Assembly (NCBI GenBank): GCA_963823035.1
Contig: CAWGKG010000018.1
Span: 256,001-320,000 of the forward strand
Source of the DNA: an uncultured Gemmatimonadales bacterium
GTDB lineage: Bacteria; Gemmatimonadota; Gemmatimonadetes; Longimicrobiales; Gaopeijiaceae
DNA: 64,000 nucleotides
Direction of reading: 5' to 3'
Shown here: positions 54,001 to 63,042 of the stretch, piece by piece
Layout of the letters: the number at the start of each line of letters is the position of its first letter
How positions within the stretch are numbered: the first letter of the stretch is position 1
Translations under genes and position numbers: made by a program
Notes under the pieces: generated by a model
Told to the model about the DNA's origin: nothing
What the model saw: the letters and a program-made list of their open reading frames with translations, nothing else
Database searches by the model: none

Positions 54001-54600
54001 CGTCTGCACCTCGGAGATCACGTCCTCCAGGCGCTGCAGGTCCAGCTCCGCCCGCTCCAGCCGACGGGTGGCCGCCTTGCGGCGGTCCTTGTACTTCCCG
54101 ATCCCCGCCGCCTCCTCGAAGAGCCCCCGGCGCTCGTCGGTGCGATCCGAGAGGATGGCGTCGATCATCCGGTTCTCGATCATCGCGTAGGCGTTCGCGC
54201 CCAAGCCGGTGTCGCGGTAGAGATCCACCACGTCGCGGAGGCGGACGGCGCTGCGGTTGATCGTGTACTCCGAGCCCCCGTCGCGGAACACCTGCCGGCC
54301 GATCTCGACCTCCTGGAAGGGCACCGGGAGCATCCCGTCCTCGTTGCTCACGGTGAGGGAGACGGAGCCGCGGTTCACCGGCCGCCGGTTCACCGTCCCC
54401 TGGAAGATCGCCTCCTCCATCTTCCCGCCGCGGATGGCGGAAGGACGCTGCTCGCCCAGCACCCAGCGGATGGCGTCGCTGATGTTCGACTTGCCGCACC
54501 CGTTCGGCCCGACGATCGCGGTGATGCCGTCGTGGAAGTCGATCTTGGTGGCGTCGGCGAACGACTTGAATCCGTGGACGCGGAGCGCGCGAAGCTTCAT
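51085..54600 (-). CDS. smc: Chromosome segregation protein SMC
   Basis: GFKSF, GPNGCGKSN, long coiled coils, LLSGGE, LDEVDAPLD, ITH. Confidence 0.97.
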   Translation of the reverse strand: MKLRALRVHGFKSFADATKIDFHDGITAIVGPNGCGKSNISDAIRWVLGEQRPSAIRGGKMEEAIFQGTVNRRPVNRGSVSLTVSNEDGMLPVPFQEVEIGRQVFRDGGSEYTINRSAVRLRDVVDLYRDTGLGANAYAMIENRMIDAILSDRTDERRGLFEEAAGIGKYKDRRKAATRRLERAELDLQRLEDVISEVQTKVRSLARQKGKAERYMEYRKRRLDVEVAVVRHQLDTLEERLARVTRELEGDQRSGEGMVAEVRTAEAEYEALRLREVDAERERTEAARALEAVREQLVRWERDLAVADERATYAERRMGQIDEERAEARGRSERLDADGAELEADRDRVRAELEALRAVAEERRAALQEVRERLQGARERLEGVETRERELARKGAQLEGDAEACDAQAAELERRLERLADELNTTTDALTDLTSQGDLFSTQLDDLAGTVEGARGEVEACAAALAEARRALEEARERELLAADRAASLGARRTALEQLERDREGMEPVVKAALELADAGVLGTLSDFIRADVGPARAAEAYLGALARALVVLDAAALHRVHAWFSERWEGGGGLILLPLDRVPDGGSPTSGSILTRIEAVGAGAPWVRALLSGVDLVDDLDLDGAGERVSASGAVVERRGVVRLGNPAGATGLLERREQLRAVREEHERAAAAAEAARAERATAEEEARASEQTLEAARDALRSAEDTHHRTSAELQARSDQRGRMDRHRDEVARQVEGTRASRARALERATEAREDRQVLLAEEEGIHAQRQAAREAMEAVQEEWETARAEEARIAVDLARMEGDVTRLSERLEGVVAARTQAHERVAALDAEEGQLREERAEARRIREEGAEATERLFAERTTAEGAVREKDLALAGVAEALAVAERRAREARTAERAASDHRHALELEQQELAGRIARIRERLEGEWGRTLETLLEQAEPVEGEQDALQEELRELVVALDRLGPVNMLAVEEHEEESKRLTFLTEQRDDLVTARNDLRNAIREINKTATDLFESTFGAIRQNFRDTFLRLFEGGEADLWLQDPEDPLESPIEIHASPRGKKTQRIDLLSGGERALTALSLLFGIYLVKPSPFCVLDEVDAPLDENNIGRFIKLLQDFKEQTQFVVITHNPRTIEAADWIYGVTMEEPGVSTIVGVRLEEALQAAGAA

Positions 54601-54739
54601 GGACAGGAGGTCGAAGGTGCAGGGCGGGCCGAACCCGGATCGGAGCGCCGACCCGCGCCGGGCGCGAGCACGGGGTAGGCAAAGCTACGTCGGAAAGGGC
54701 CGAGGGCGGAGGGGGTGGCCAGTCGGCGCACGAAGCTCC

Positions 54740-56188
54740 TCAGGAATCCGGGGTGGGGACGCGTCCGATCCGCTCGGTCAGGGCGGAGGCGCTCAGCCCC
54801 CGCTCCTGGAGCAGCCGCGCGAGGCCGACGCCCTCGGATTCCTCGGCGTAGGCACCGGCATAGACCCGGTAGCGCACGGACCCGTCTTCGTAGTCGACCG
54901 CGAGCACGTATGCGGGGATGTCGAGGCCGGCCAGCACCTCCACACGCCTCACCGCAGCGTCGAGCTCGGGCATCTCCCCCAGCTGGAAGGCGCGTGGCGT
55001 CGAGATCGGCTCCGCCTCGCCCACCCCCGCGCCGACCGCCGCCGTCAGGCGGCCCACCAACGCCTCCGCCGCCGACGCGTCCGTGGCCGGGCCGGCGAGC
55101 ACGCGGTGGCGGAGGATGCCGCCGTCCGCGATCGGCTCGGTGATGACGACCACGTCCGGAAGCATGCCTGCGAGCGCGGCGGCGCGCTCGGCGGCGGCCG
55201 TCGCGTCGTCGAACGTGCCCACGTCCACGGAGAACGTCTGTCGCGGCGCGCCCTCCGCCGGCAGGAGCACCGCCGCGCTCCCGCTGGCCTGGCCGCCGGC
55301 GCCGCCCGGCGTGATGCCGGGGACGTTCACGAATCCCAGGAAGGCTGCCACGAGAACGGCGATCACCAGGAGGACGCCCACGGCCACGAGCGCGAAGATC
55401 CGTCCCCCGCCCCGGGACGGCCGTGGCGCGGGTGCCCCGCGGACTTCCTGCCCCTCCTTCGCCGGCCGGCTCTCGGGCACGCGATAGAGTGGATCGTCCG
55501 CCGCATCCAGGACGTCGACACCCTCGGCGTCCTCGGGGGCGTCCGCAGGCACGTCGCGGGACGCTCCCACGAGCGCGGCGACACGCTCCTCCCCCGGAGC
55601 GTCGACCGCGTCGGAAAGCCCGACCGACCCGCGCACCTTCGCCGTTCCTTCGACGAGCACGCCAGCGGGAGCCTCGTCGGGCGCCAGGAGAAGCACGACG
55701 TCGGAGGCCTCCCGCACCACGGAGGGGAGCCCGGCCTCGGAGACCGGGACCAGGACGACGAGCGTCACCCCCGCCTCGCGGAAGCCCTCGCACACCTCGC
55801 CCCAACGCTCCGAGCGTAGCGCGGCCGCGCCGTCCGCGATGGGGGTACCCGCCGTGACCACGAAGCCCACGCGCTCGGTCGCGCGCGCTACCCTCTGGAG
55901 CGAGCCACCCCAGAGGAGCATGTCACTGAGCCCTTCGTCGAGGGGGACGTTCGCGGCCCTGTGCAGGCAGGGCTCCTGGAACGACGCGTCGGCGGCCACC
56001 ACCCTCCCGCCCGTGGCGACCCCCCAGGAGGCCGCGAGGCCGAGGGTCACCTCGCCCACCCAGCCACCCTTCATCGCGCCCGCACCGGCGACCAGCGCGA
56101 CGATGTGCCCCGGGCGGTCTCCGTCGGGCGAGAGCGTCGGGGGAGCGTCGGGGTCGAACGGTTTCCAGGCGGGAAGGTCGTGCGTCAT
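54740..56188 (-). CDS. Bitopic protein: degenerate BY-kinase/MinD-like N-terminal domain, TM helix, two SPOR-like domains
   Basis: RVVAADAS...LH...GLSDMLL...VVTAG..ALRSERW; TM IFALVAVGVLLVIAVLVAAFLGFV; SPOR-like SVDVGTF..HRVLAGP and FQLG..YRVYAGAY. Confidence 0.7.
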   Translation of the reverse strand: MTHDLPAWKPFDPDAPPTLSPDGDRPGHIVALVAGAGAMKGGWVGEVTLGLAASWGVATGGRVVAADASFQEPCLHRAANVPLDEGLSDMLLWGGSLQRVARATERVGFVVTAGTPIADGAAALRSERWGEVCEGFREAGVTLVVLVPVSEAGLPSVVREASDVVLLLAPDEAPAGVLVEGTAKVRGSVGLSDAVDAPGEERVAALVGASRDVPADAPEDAEGVDVLDAADDPLYRVPESRPAKEGQEVRGAPAPRPSRGGGRIFALVAVGVLLVIAVLVAAFLGFVNVPGITPGGAGGQASGSAAVLLPAEGAPRQTFSVDVGTFDDATAAAERAAALAGMLPDVVVITEPIADGGILRHRVLAGPATDASAAEALVGRLTAAVGAGVGEAEPISTPRAFQLGEMPELDAAVRRVEVLAGLDIPAYVLAVDYEDGSVRYRVYAGAYAEESEGVGLARLLQERGLSASALTERIGRVPTPDS

Positions 56189-56293
56189 CGGGAAGTCCGG
56201 CTCCGGCGATGGATGCGCAGCGACCCGCCGTGGGCTCGGACGAGCCGTGGCGAGCCGGAGTCAGGGTCCGGCCCCCACCACCGGACGGCCTAC

Positions 56294-56322
56294 AACTTAG
56301 AGCGAGCGACCGCCCCGGGCAA
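56294..56322 (-). promoter_or_regulatory. Putative sigma70 promoter for the SPOR-domain gene
   Basis: TTGCCC-17 nt-TAAGTT. Confidence 0.5.
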
Positions 56323-56396
56323 ACGTCTCGCAGACGTCGCGAAGGGCGCGCCGGACAGCAGGTTACGCCCCCGGGCGGGTGTCCGCCGGGGGCGCC

Positions 56397-56771
56397 TCAG
56401 TCCTCCTGCTCCGCGGTCCACGAGGGGGCATCCCCCCACAGGTTCTCGAGCTGGTAGAAGGCCCGGGCCTGCGGGTGGAAGACGTGCACCACGAAGTCGA
56501 TGTAGTCCAGGAGCGCCCACCGCCCGCCCTGGAGGCCCTCCACGTGGTTCGGCCGGTGGCCGTCCTCGCGCAGCTCGTCGACGATGTGCTCGGCGATCGC
56601 CTTGACCTGCACGTCGCTCCGGCCGCTCGCCACGAGGAAGAAGTCCGTCGCGGAGGAGATGCCCCGCAGGTCGAGCACCATCACGTCGTGCGCTTTCAGC
56701 TCCTGCGCGAGCTCCGTCGCGCGGAGCACGACTGCGGGGAGGTCAGACGGAGCGAGCTCGGTCTTCGGCAA
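56397..56771 (-). CDS. rsfS: Ribosome silencing factor
   Basis: KAHDV.VLDL, DFFLVASG, WALLDYIDFVVHVF..RAFYQLENLW. Confidence 0.95.
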   Translation of the reverse strand: MPKTELAPSDLPAVVLRATELAQELKAHDVMVLDLRGISSATDFFLVASGRSDVQVKAIAEHIVDELREDGHRPNHVEGLQGGRWALLDYIDFVVHVFHPQARAFYQLENLWGDAPSWTAEQED

Positions 56772-56774
56772 GCC

Positions 56775-57233
56775 TCAGCCCTCTTCGCGCTCGACGGTCA
56801 CCATGATCAGGCCCTCGACCTCGGCGTGCAGGCGCACCGGTACCTCGAAGGCCCCCAGCGCCTTGAGCGGCTCGTCCATGACGATGATCCGCTTGTCCAA
56901 CTCGAAGTCCAACTCGCCCGAGGCGTTGGAGCGGTCGGCGATGTCCGCGTTCGTGACCGACCCGAACAGCTTGCCGTCCTCGCCGGCCCGTGCGTGGAAC
57001 GTCAGCGCCAACCCCACGAGCTGCGCCGCGCGACGACGCGCCTCGAGGTAGTCGCGGCGGGCCCGCTCCTCGGACTTCTTCTGCTCTTCCTCCATCCGCC
57101 GCATGTTGGCCGCACTGGCCTCGTACGCGAGCCCCTGCGGGATGAGGTAGTTACGCCCGTACCCGGGCTTCACGGTCACCACCTCGCCCGCGTCGCCGAG
57201 ATTGTCGACGGCCTGCTTCAGGATCAGCTTCAT
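56775..57233 (-). CDS. rplI: 50S ribosomal protein bL9
   Basis: LGDAGEVVTVKPGYGRNYLIPQG, GKLFGSVT. Confidence 0.97.
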   Translation of the reverse strand: MKLILKQAVDNLGDAGEVVTVKPGYGRNYLIPQGLAYEASAANMRRMEEEQKKSEERARRDYLEARRRAAQLVGLALTFHARAGEDGKLFGSVTNADIADRSNASGELDFELDKRIIVMDEPLKALGAFEVPVRLHAEVEGLIMVTVEREEG

Positions 57234-57251
57234 ACTTCCTCCAAGGTGTCG

Positions 57252-58193
57252 TCAGGCGGCCACGGAACCCGCCCTGCTCCGCACGTCCAGCCAGGTGTCG
57301 CCGATGCCCACCACGAGCGCCCCCAACAGCACCAGGGGCGGCACGAAGAGGAGGCCGAGCGCCACCAGGACGTAGCCGAACAGCGAGAGACCGCCGCTCA
57401 AGAACATGATCACGGCCGCTCCGCGCAGTGCGTAGAGGGCCCCCATGAAGACCACCGCGTTCGCGCCCACGCTCGCCAGCGCGTCGCCCCAGCGGATCAC
57501 CAGCAGGGCCAGCCCGCCGATGAAGAGCCAGACGAGGTGGTCGTTGAACCGGAACTCGCGCACGGGGCTCAGCCCCTGGTCGCTCCCCGAGGACAGGCGA
57601 ACGTACAGCCACCACGCCACACCCAGCCCGGCCATCGACGCGATACCGACCAGCGCCGGGAAGACCGCGGTCTGCACCTCCACGGTCCGGTAGATCGCGC
57701 TCACCAGCCCCGGCGGCACGGCCTCTCCGCCCCGCATCAGGCGCCACGCCTCGATCGCCGTCGCCACCCCGTCGATCATGCGGTCCCGTACCGCCCAGGT
57801 CAGCGCTTCCCACGCGCCGTGGCGTAGCCCCAGGAACAACCCCGTCGCTCCGGCCCCGACGGCCAGCGCGAGGAGGGCCCTCCCCGAGAAGGAGGCCTTC
57901 GGACGGCGCAGCGTGAGCGCCGCGAAGCATCCGCCCGCCATGAGCGCCCACCCCCGCTCCACGTACCAGACGCCGTCCCCCGGGTTGCCCGAGACCACGA
58001 ACAACATCCAGAGGGCCGCCGCCACCACGACCCCGGCTCGCTTCAACCCGAGCGCCAACGCGAGCGCCAGGAACGGCACGCCGATCAGGATCGTCGGACG
58101 GGCCACCGGATTCGCGAGGGCGACACCGAGGAGCGCCGCGGCGCGGATCCAGCCCCGAGACCGGCGCGCGGGCGGCGGGGAGGCGTCGGCCAC
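57252..58193 (-). CDS. DUF2232/YybS family membrane protein
   Basis: Multi-TM, GIGDTWLDVR C-terminus; typical position between rpsR and rplI. Confidence 0.85.
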   Translation of the reverse strand: MADASPPPARRSRGWIRAAALLGVALANPVARPTILIGVPFLALALALGLKRAGVVVAAALWMLFVVSGNPGDGVWYVERGWALMAGGCFAALTLRRPKASFSGRALLALAVGAGATGLFLGLRHGAWEALTWAVRDRMIDGVATAIEAWRLMRGGEAVPPGLVSAIYRTVEVQTAVFPALVGIASMAGLGVAWWLYVRLSSGSDQGLSPVREFRFNDHLVWLFIGGLALLVIRWGDALASVGANAVVFMGALYALRGAAVIMFLSGGLSLFGYVLVALGLLFVPPLVLLGALVVGIGDTWLDVRSRAGSVAA

Positions 58194-58200
58194 GGTCCGA

Positions 58201-58824
58201 CTACCCCTCGTGCCGGCGCGTGTACGGGATGAGCGACAGATAGCGGGCGCGCTTCACGGCCGATCCGAGCTGCCGCTGGAAACCCGCGGTCACCTTCGTG
58301 GTTCGCTTCGGGAGGATCTTCCCGGACTCCGTCAGGAAGCGCGAGAGCGTGCTCACGTCCTTGTAGTTCAGGAGCTCGATCGGAGGCCCCTCCATCCGCC
58401 GGCGCCGCCCTCGGCCACCCTGGAACTGTGGCGGGGAGTCGTCGTCGTCCTCCTCCTCCTCTTCCTCCTCGTCGTCGTCGTCCTTGTCGCCGGCCGGACG
58501 TGTGACCTCGGCCATGATCGACATGCCGGAGGTGGGCTCGCCCTCGTTGAGCACGAGGAGATAGCGCATGACCTCCTCGTCCAGCTTGAGGAGACGCTCG
58601 AACTCGGGCAGGGCGTTGGGCGCCGCGGTGAACTGGGCGACCACGTAGTAGCCGGACTTCTGGCGCTTGATGGGGTAGGCGAGCTGCCGAATACCCCAGT
58701 GATCCACGGCGGAGATCTCACCGCCGTCGGAGACGGCCAGCCCGTGGAACTTCTCGAGCTTCGCCGTGACGGCGCCCTCGTCGAGCGCCGGGTCGAGAAT
58801 GTAGACGACCTCGTAGAGCCGCAT
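58201..58824 (-). CDS. rpsF-rpsR: Fused 30S ribosomal protein bS6-bS18 (207 aa)
   Basis: S6: [31 protein letters not shown]; acidic linker; S18: [41 protein letters not shown]; one uninterrupted frame. Confidence 0.9.
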   Translation of the reverse strand: MRLYEVVYILDPALDEGAVTAKLEKFHGLAVSDGGEISAVDHWGIRQLAYPIKRQKSGYYVVAQFTAAPNALPEFERLLKLDEEVMRYLLVLNEGEPTSGMSIMAEVTRPAGDKDDDDEEEEEEEDDDDSPPQFQGGRGRRRRMEGPPIELLNYKDVSTLSRFLTESGKILPKRTTKVTAGFQRQLGSAVKRARYLSLIPYTRRHEG

Positions 58825-58925
58825 CTTCGCTTCCCTCGGTCCGTTGGGTTGCACGGGCCCCTCCGTGAGGATGCGCCCATCGCTGCGGCTGGGGCGCCCC
58901 GGAGGAGCGGGATGTGTTTTTCGAG
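58825..58925 (-). promoter_or_regulatory. Candidate structured rpsF leader (S6:S18-type autoregulatory RNA)
   Basis: Leader of about 100 nt after a TACCTT -10 (58937-58932); CGCTCCTC can pair with GAGGGAAGCG over the RBS, with an adjacent CCG and an internal GCGCCC/GGGCGC hairpin. Confidence 0.4.
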
Positions 58926-58980
58926 CCCTTCAAGGTAACCGCGGACGCTTCCGACCGGAACCCGAGCCGCGGCCGACCCG

Positions 58981-60189
58981 CTACCCGATCGACACCTGCA
59001 TCGCCATGATCAGCGACCCGTGCCGTCCGAAGGCCCAGCGGGCTTCTTCCACGTCCAGCCGCTCGCGGTTGGTGTGCGCGAAGCGCTCCTCACCCGGCGC
59101 GAAGCCCAGGGTGGGGATCCCGTACACGCCGCAGGACCACCCGCCGTCCGTGGCGAACGTCCACGGACGCACCGTGGCGGGCGTGTCCGCGTCGTCGCGG
59201 CGCCCCACGGCGGCGGCCGCGGCCCGGACCACCGGGTGCTCGGGGTCCATGAGGAAGCCGGGCGTGAGGAGGTTCCTCCCCTCCTCGAGCCCCGTGTAGG
59301 CGACCTGGTGCTCGTGCGCCATCCGCACCTGCACCTGGAAGCCGTCCGGGACGGTTGGGAGGCGCTCGTCGACGGCCGCACGCACGCGCGCCGTCAGCGA
59401 GGCGTCGTCGTCCCCGGGGAGGATGCGCCAGTCGAGCGCCACCACCACCTGGTCGGGGATCACGTTCCGGCTCTCCGGGAGGACGTTCACCATGGTGGCG
59501 GTCACCGAGGAGGCGCCCAGCACGGGCTCCGAGGGCTGCCGCGCCCCAAGGTCCCGCACCGCCGCGAGCACGTCGCCCAGGAGGTCGAGGGCGTTGTGCG
59601 CCCGCCCGGGCGCGCTGGCGTGGCCGGCGAGGCCGGTGATCACCACCTCGAGCTCCGCCCGGCCCCGATGGCCGATGCACACGTCGCCCTGCGTGGCCTC
59701 CCCGATGACGACCGCCCCGGGAGACACCGACTTCGAATCGAGGAGGTGCTTCATGCCGAGCCCGCCGCGCTCCTCGAGGACGGTGTGCGCGACGATCACG
59801 TCCCCCGGCGCGTCACCCGCCAGCGCCGCGGCGGTGTAGGTCTGCAGCGCGAGCGGACCCTTGATGTCCATCGCCCCACGGCCGTGGAGGAAGCCGTCGC
59901 GCACCTCGCCGGAGAACGGCGGGACCTCCCAGTCCGCGTGGTCACCTTCGGCCACCACGTCCATGTGGCAGTTGAGCAGGACGGAGGGCGCCTCGCCACG
60001 GCCGCGCGCCACGCCGATCACGTTGCCGGCCTCGTCCACCCGGACGTCGTCCAGGCCGAGGGCCTCCATCTCCGCGCGCACCCGGCGGGCCACGTCGCCC
60101 TCGTGACCGGGAAGGCCCGGGATGCGGATCAGTTCGGCGGCGAACGCCAAGGCGTTCTCGAACGTCGGTTCCTTCGGCCCGCTGCTCAC
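58981..60189 (-). CDS. M20 family metallo-hydrolase (ArgE/DapE/YgeY-like)
   Basis: NCHMDVV, GRGAMDIKG, LEE, IGE, GHAS.P, TDG, AHT; GGAGGTG RBS before GTG. Confidence 0.88.
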   Translation of the reverse strand: MSSGPKEPTFENALAFAAELIRIPGLPGHEGDVARRVRAEMEALGLDDVRVDEAGNVIGVARGRGEAPSVLLNCHMDVVAEGDHADWEVPPFSGEVRDGFLHGRGAMDIKGPLALQTYTAAALAGDAPGDVIVAHTVLEERGGLGMKHLLDSKSVSPGAVVIGEATQGDVCIGHRGRAELEVVITGLAGHASAPGRAHNALDLLGDVLAAVRDLGARQPSEPVLGASSVTATMVNVLPESRNVIPDQVVVALDWRILPGDDDASLTARVRAAVDERLPTVPDGFQVQVRMAHEHQVAYTGLEEGRNLLTPGFLMDPEHPVVRAAAAAVGRRDDADTPATVRPWTFATDGGWSCGVYGIPTLGFAPGEERFAHTNRERLDVEEARWAFGRHGSLIMAMQVSIG

Positions 60190-60291
60190 ACGCTCACCTC
60201 CTCTGCGCATCCGGTGTCCCTCGTGAAGCGGGGCCGGACCCCGAAGGGCCGGCCCCACCATCCTGCCGACTTCGTCACGCTCCGGCCGGGT

Positions 60292-62425
60292 CTATCCGAA
60301 GATCCCGTGCACGGCGTCCATGAGCCACTGGAACGCCGTGGTCTCCTGGAGGATGATGTGGTGCACGCGTACGAACCACGGCGCCAGCACCAGGGAGACG
60401 ACGCTCATCAGCTTGATGAGGATGTTCATCGACGGCCCGGACGTGTCCTTGAACGGATCGCCCACCGTGTCGCCCACGACGGCGGCCTTGTGTGGATCCG
60501 AGCCCTTGCCGCCGTGCGCGCCGCCCTCGATGTACTTCTTGGCGTTGTCCCACGCGCCGCCGGCGTTCGCCATGAACAGCGCCATGAGCACGCCGGTCAC
60601 CGTGGCGCCGGCCAGGAGGCCGCCCAGCGCCTCGACGCCCAGGAAGTACCCGACGATCACCGGCGCCGCCACGGCCGTGATTCCCGGAAGGATCATCTCC
60701 CGGAGCGCCGCGCGCGTCGAGATGTCCACGCAGCGCGCCGAGTCCGGCTTGCCCGTGCCTTCCATGATCCCCGGGATCTCACGGAACTGCCGGCGCACCT
60801 CTTCCACCATGCCCTGCGCGGCCCGTCCAACGGCCGTCATCGTGAGCGCGGCGACGAAGAACGGGAGGATGCCGCCCAGGAAGAGGCCGATGACGACCTC
60901 CGGGTTGACGAGGTCGATGCCCGTCTCCTGCAGCCCCACTTTCGACGAGTAGGCGCTGAACAACGCCAGGGCGGTCAGCGCCGCCGAGCCGATCGCGAAG
61001 CCCTTGCCGATGGCGGCCGTCGTGTTGCCGATGGAGTCGAGGGAGTCCGTGATCTTGCGCACGTCCGGACCCAGGTGCGCCATCTCGCTGATGCCGCCCG
61101 CGTTGTCCGCGATCGGCCCGTAGGCGTCCACCGACATGGTCACGCCCACCGTGGCGAGCATGCCCACGGCGGCGATGCCGATGCCGTACAGCCCGGCGAA
61201 CCAGTAGCTGACGCCGATCGCGACGCAGATCAGGATCACCGGGATCGCCGTGGATTCCATCCCCACGGCCAGGCCCGCGATGATGTTCGTCGCGGCGCCG
61301 GTCTGGCTGGCCTCGGCGATCCTCCGGATCGGCCCCGCGGCCGTGTAGTACTCGGTCACCAGGCCGATCGCGATCCCCACGAGCGTGCCCGCAACGATCG
61401 CCACCCACGGGCCGAACGTCGGATAGATGCGCCCGCTCTCGGCGTCGCTGAAGGTGATCCCCATGTTCTGGACGACAAAGAACATCACGCCCAGGAAGAG
61501 CAGCGCCGCGATGAACGTCACGTTGCGCAGCGCCGCGGCCGGATTGGTGCGCTCCAGAACCTTCATCATGGCGATCCCGATCAGGGACGCCACCAGGCCG
61601 ACCATCACGGTCAGCAGCGGCAGCGCCACGGCCGCGGCTCGGTGGGACGCCAGCGCCGGCGCGGTGGCGCCGATGGCGATCGTCGCCACGATCGATCCGA
61701 CGTACGACTCGTAGATGTCGGCGCCCATTCCGGCGACGTCCCCCACATTGTCGCCCACGTTGTCGGCGATGGTGGCCGGGTTGCGGGGGTCGTCCTCGGG
61801 GATGCCGGCCTCGACCTTGCCCACGAGGTCGGCACCGACGTCGGCCGCCTTCGTGTAGATGCCGCCCCCGACGCGCGCGAACAGAGCGATCGAGCTCGCG
61901 CCCATGGCGAAGCCGGATACGATCTCGGAGAAGCGCGGGAACTCACCCGTGCCCGGTACCGCGTCCGCCGCGTACAGGAAGTAGAAAGCGCCCCAGGCCG
62001 ATCATCCCCAACGCGGCCACGGCCAGCCCCATCACGGCGCCGCCGAAGAAGGCGACGCGCAGCGCCTTTCCCGCACCGACGTCCTTCGCCGCCGCGGACG
62101 TCCGCGTGTTGGCCCGCGTCGCGGACTTCATCCCGAAGAACCCGGCGGCCACGGAGCTCAGCGCCCCGAAGACGTAGGCCACGGCCGGCGTGGTGCCGAT
62201 GGCCAGGCTCAGGAGGATCGCGACGACCACCACGAACACCGCGAGCACCGTGTACTCGCGGCGCAGGAACGCCATGGCGCCGTCGTGGATCTGCTCACCC
62301 AGGTCGATCATGAGCGCGGTGCCCGGCGGCTGTCTCTTCACATAGCCGTAGATCCCGGCGGCGGTGAAGATCCCCACCAGCCCCAGGGCCCACGCCCAAT
62401 CGGTCAATACGACGAGGTCCGTCAT
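60292..62425 (-). CDS. hppA: Membrane-bound ion-translocating pyrophosphatase (K+-dependent, Na+-type signature); frameshift(s) near 61950-61990
   Basis: [62 protein letters not shown]. Confidence 0.93.
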
Positions 62426-62461
62426 TGGATCGGTTTCCTTTGTCCTCGTGTTCCGTTGCGT

Positions 62462-63025
62462 TCAGCGATTGAAACGGTTCATCGCCGCTTCGATGCCGTC
62501 GGAAAGCCAGGCCTCGACGGCCTGGGTCAGTTCGGGCAGGAGCCCAACCACAACTTCCTCGTCCTTCTCCGGCATGGGGGACAGCACCCAGTCCGCCAGG
62601 TCCATCCCCTCCGGTTTGCGTCCGACGCCGATCCGCATGCGCGGATACTCGTCCGAGCGCAGTGCCCCCGAGACCGACTTGAGCCCGTTGTGCCCTCCCG
62701 GGCTCCCGCCGGAGCGGAGGCGTACCCGCCCCACGTCAAGGGCCGCGTCATCCACGACGACCAGGAGGTCCGCGGCCGCATCGAACCCCTCCAGGTCGCT
62801 CAGGAACCGCAGCGCTGCTCCGCTCCGGTTCATGTAGGTCACGGGTTTGACGAGGAGTACGGCACGACCTGCCGCCGTCCCCTCCGTAGTCAGCGCACGG
62901 CCCTGGCGCACGAACGTCTCGAAGCGCCAGTCGTGGGCCAACCGATCCATCATCCACCACCCGACGTTGTGCCGGGTGGCGTCATACTCGGGCCCCGGAT
63001 TGCCGAGCCCGACCACGACCTTCAC
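62462..63025 (-). CDS. pth: Peptidyl-tRNA hydrolase
   Basis: VGLGNPG.EY..TRHNVG, KP.TYMN.SG, GGHNGLKS, RIGVG. Confidence 0.96.
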   Translation of the reverse strand: MKVVVGLGNPGPEYDATRHNVGWWMMDRLAHDWRFETFVRQGRALTTEGTAAGRAVLLVKPVTYMNRSGAALRFLSDLEGFDAAADLLVVVDDAALDVGRVRLRSGGSPGGHNGLKSVSGALRSDEYPRMRIGVGRKPEGMDLADWVLSPMPEKDEEVVVGLLPELTQAVEAWLSDGIEAAMNRFNR

Positions 63026-63042
63026 GGGCGAGCGGGGGGAGG

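Noticed and set aside
50839..54678. Long antisense ORFs (for example 1279 aa opposite smc, 1097 aa opposite hppA, 923 aa opposite cinA/grpE)
   Set aside because: These are shadow ORFs expected in high-GC coding DNA, with no recognisable motifs.
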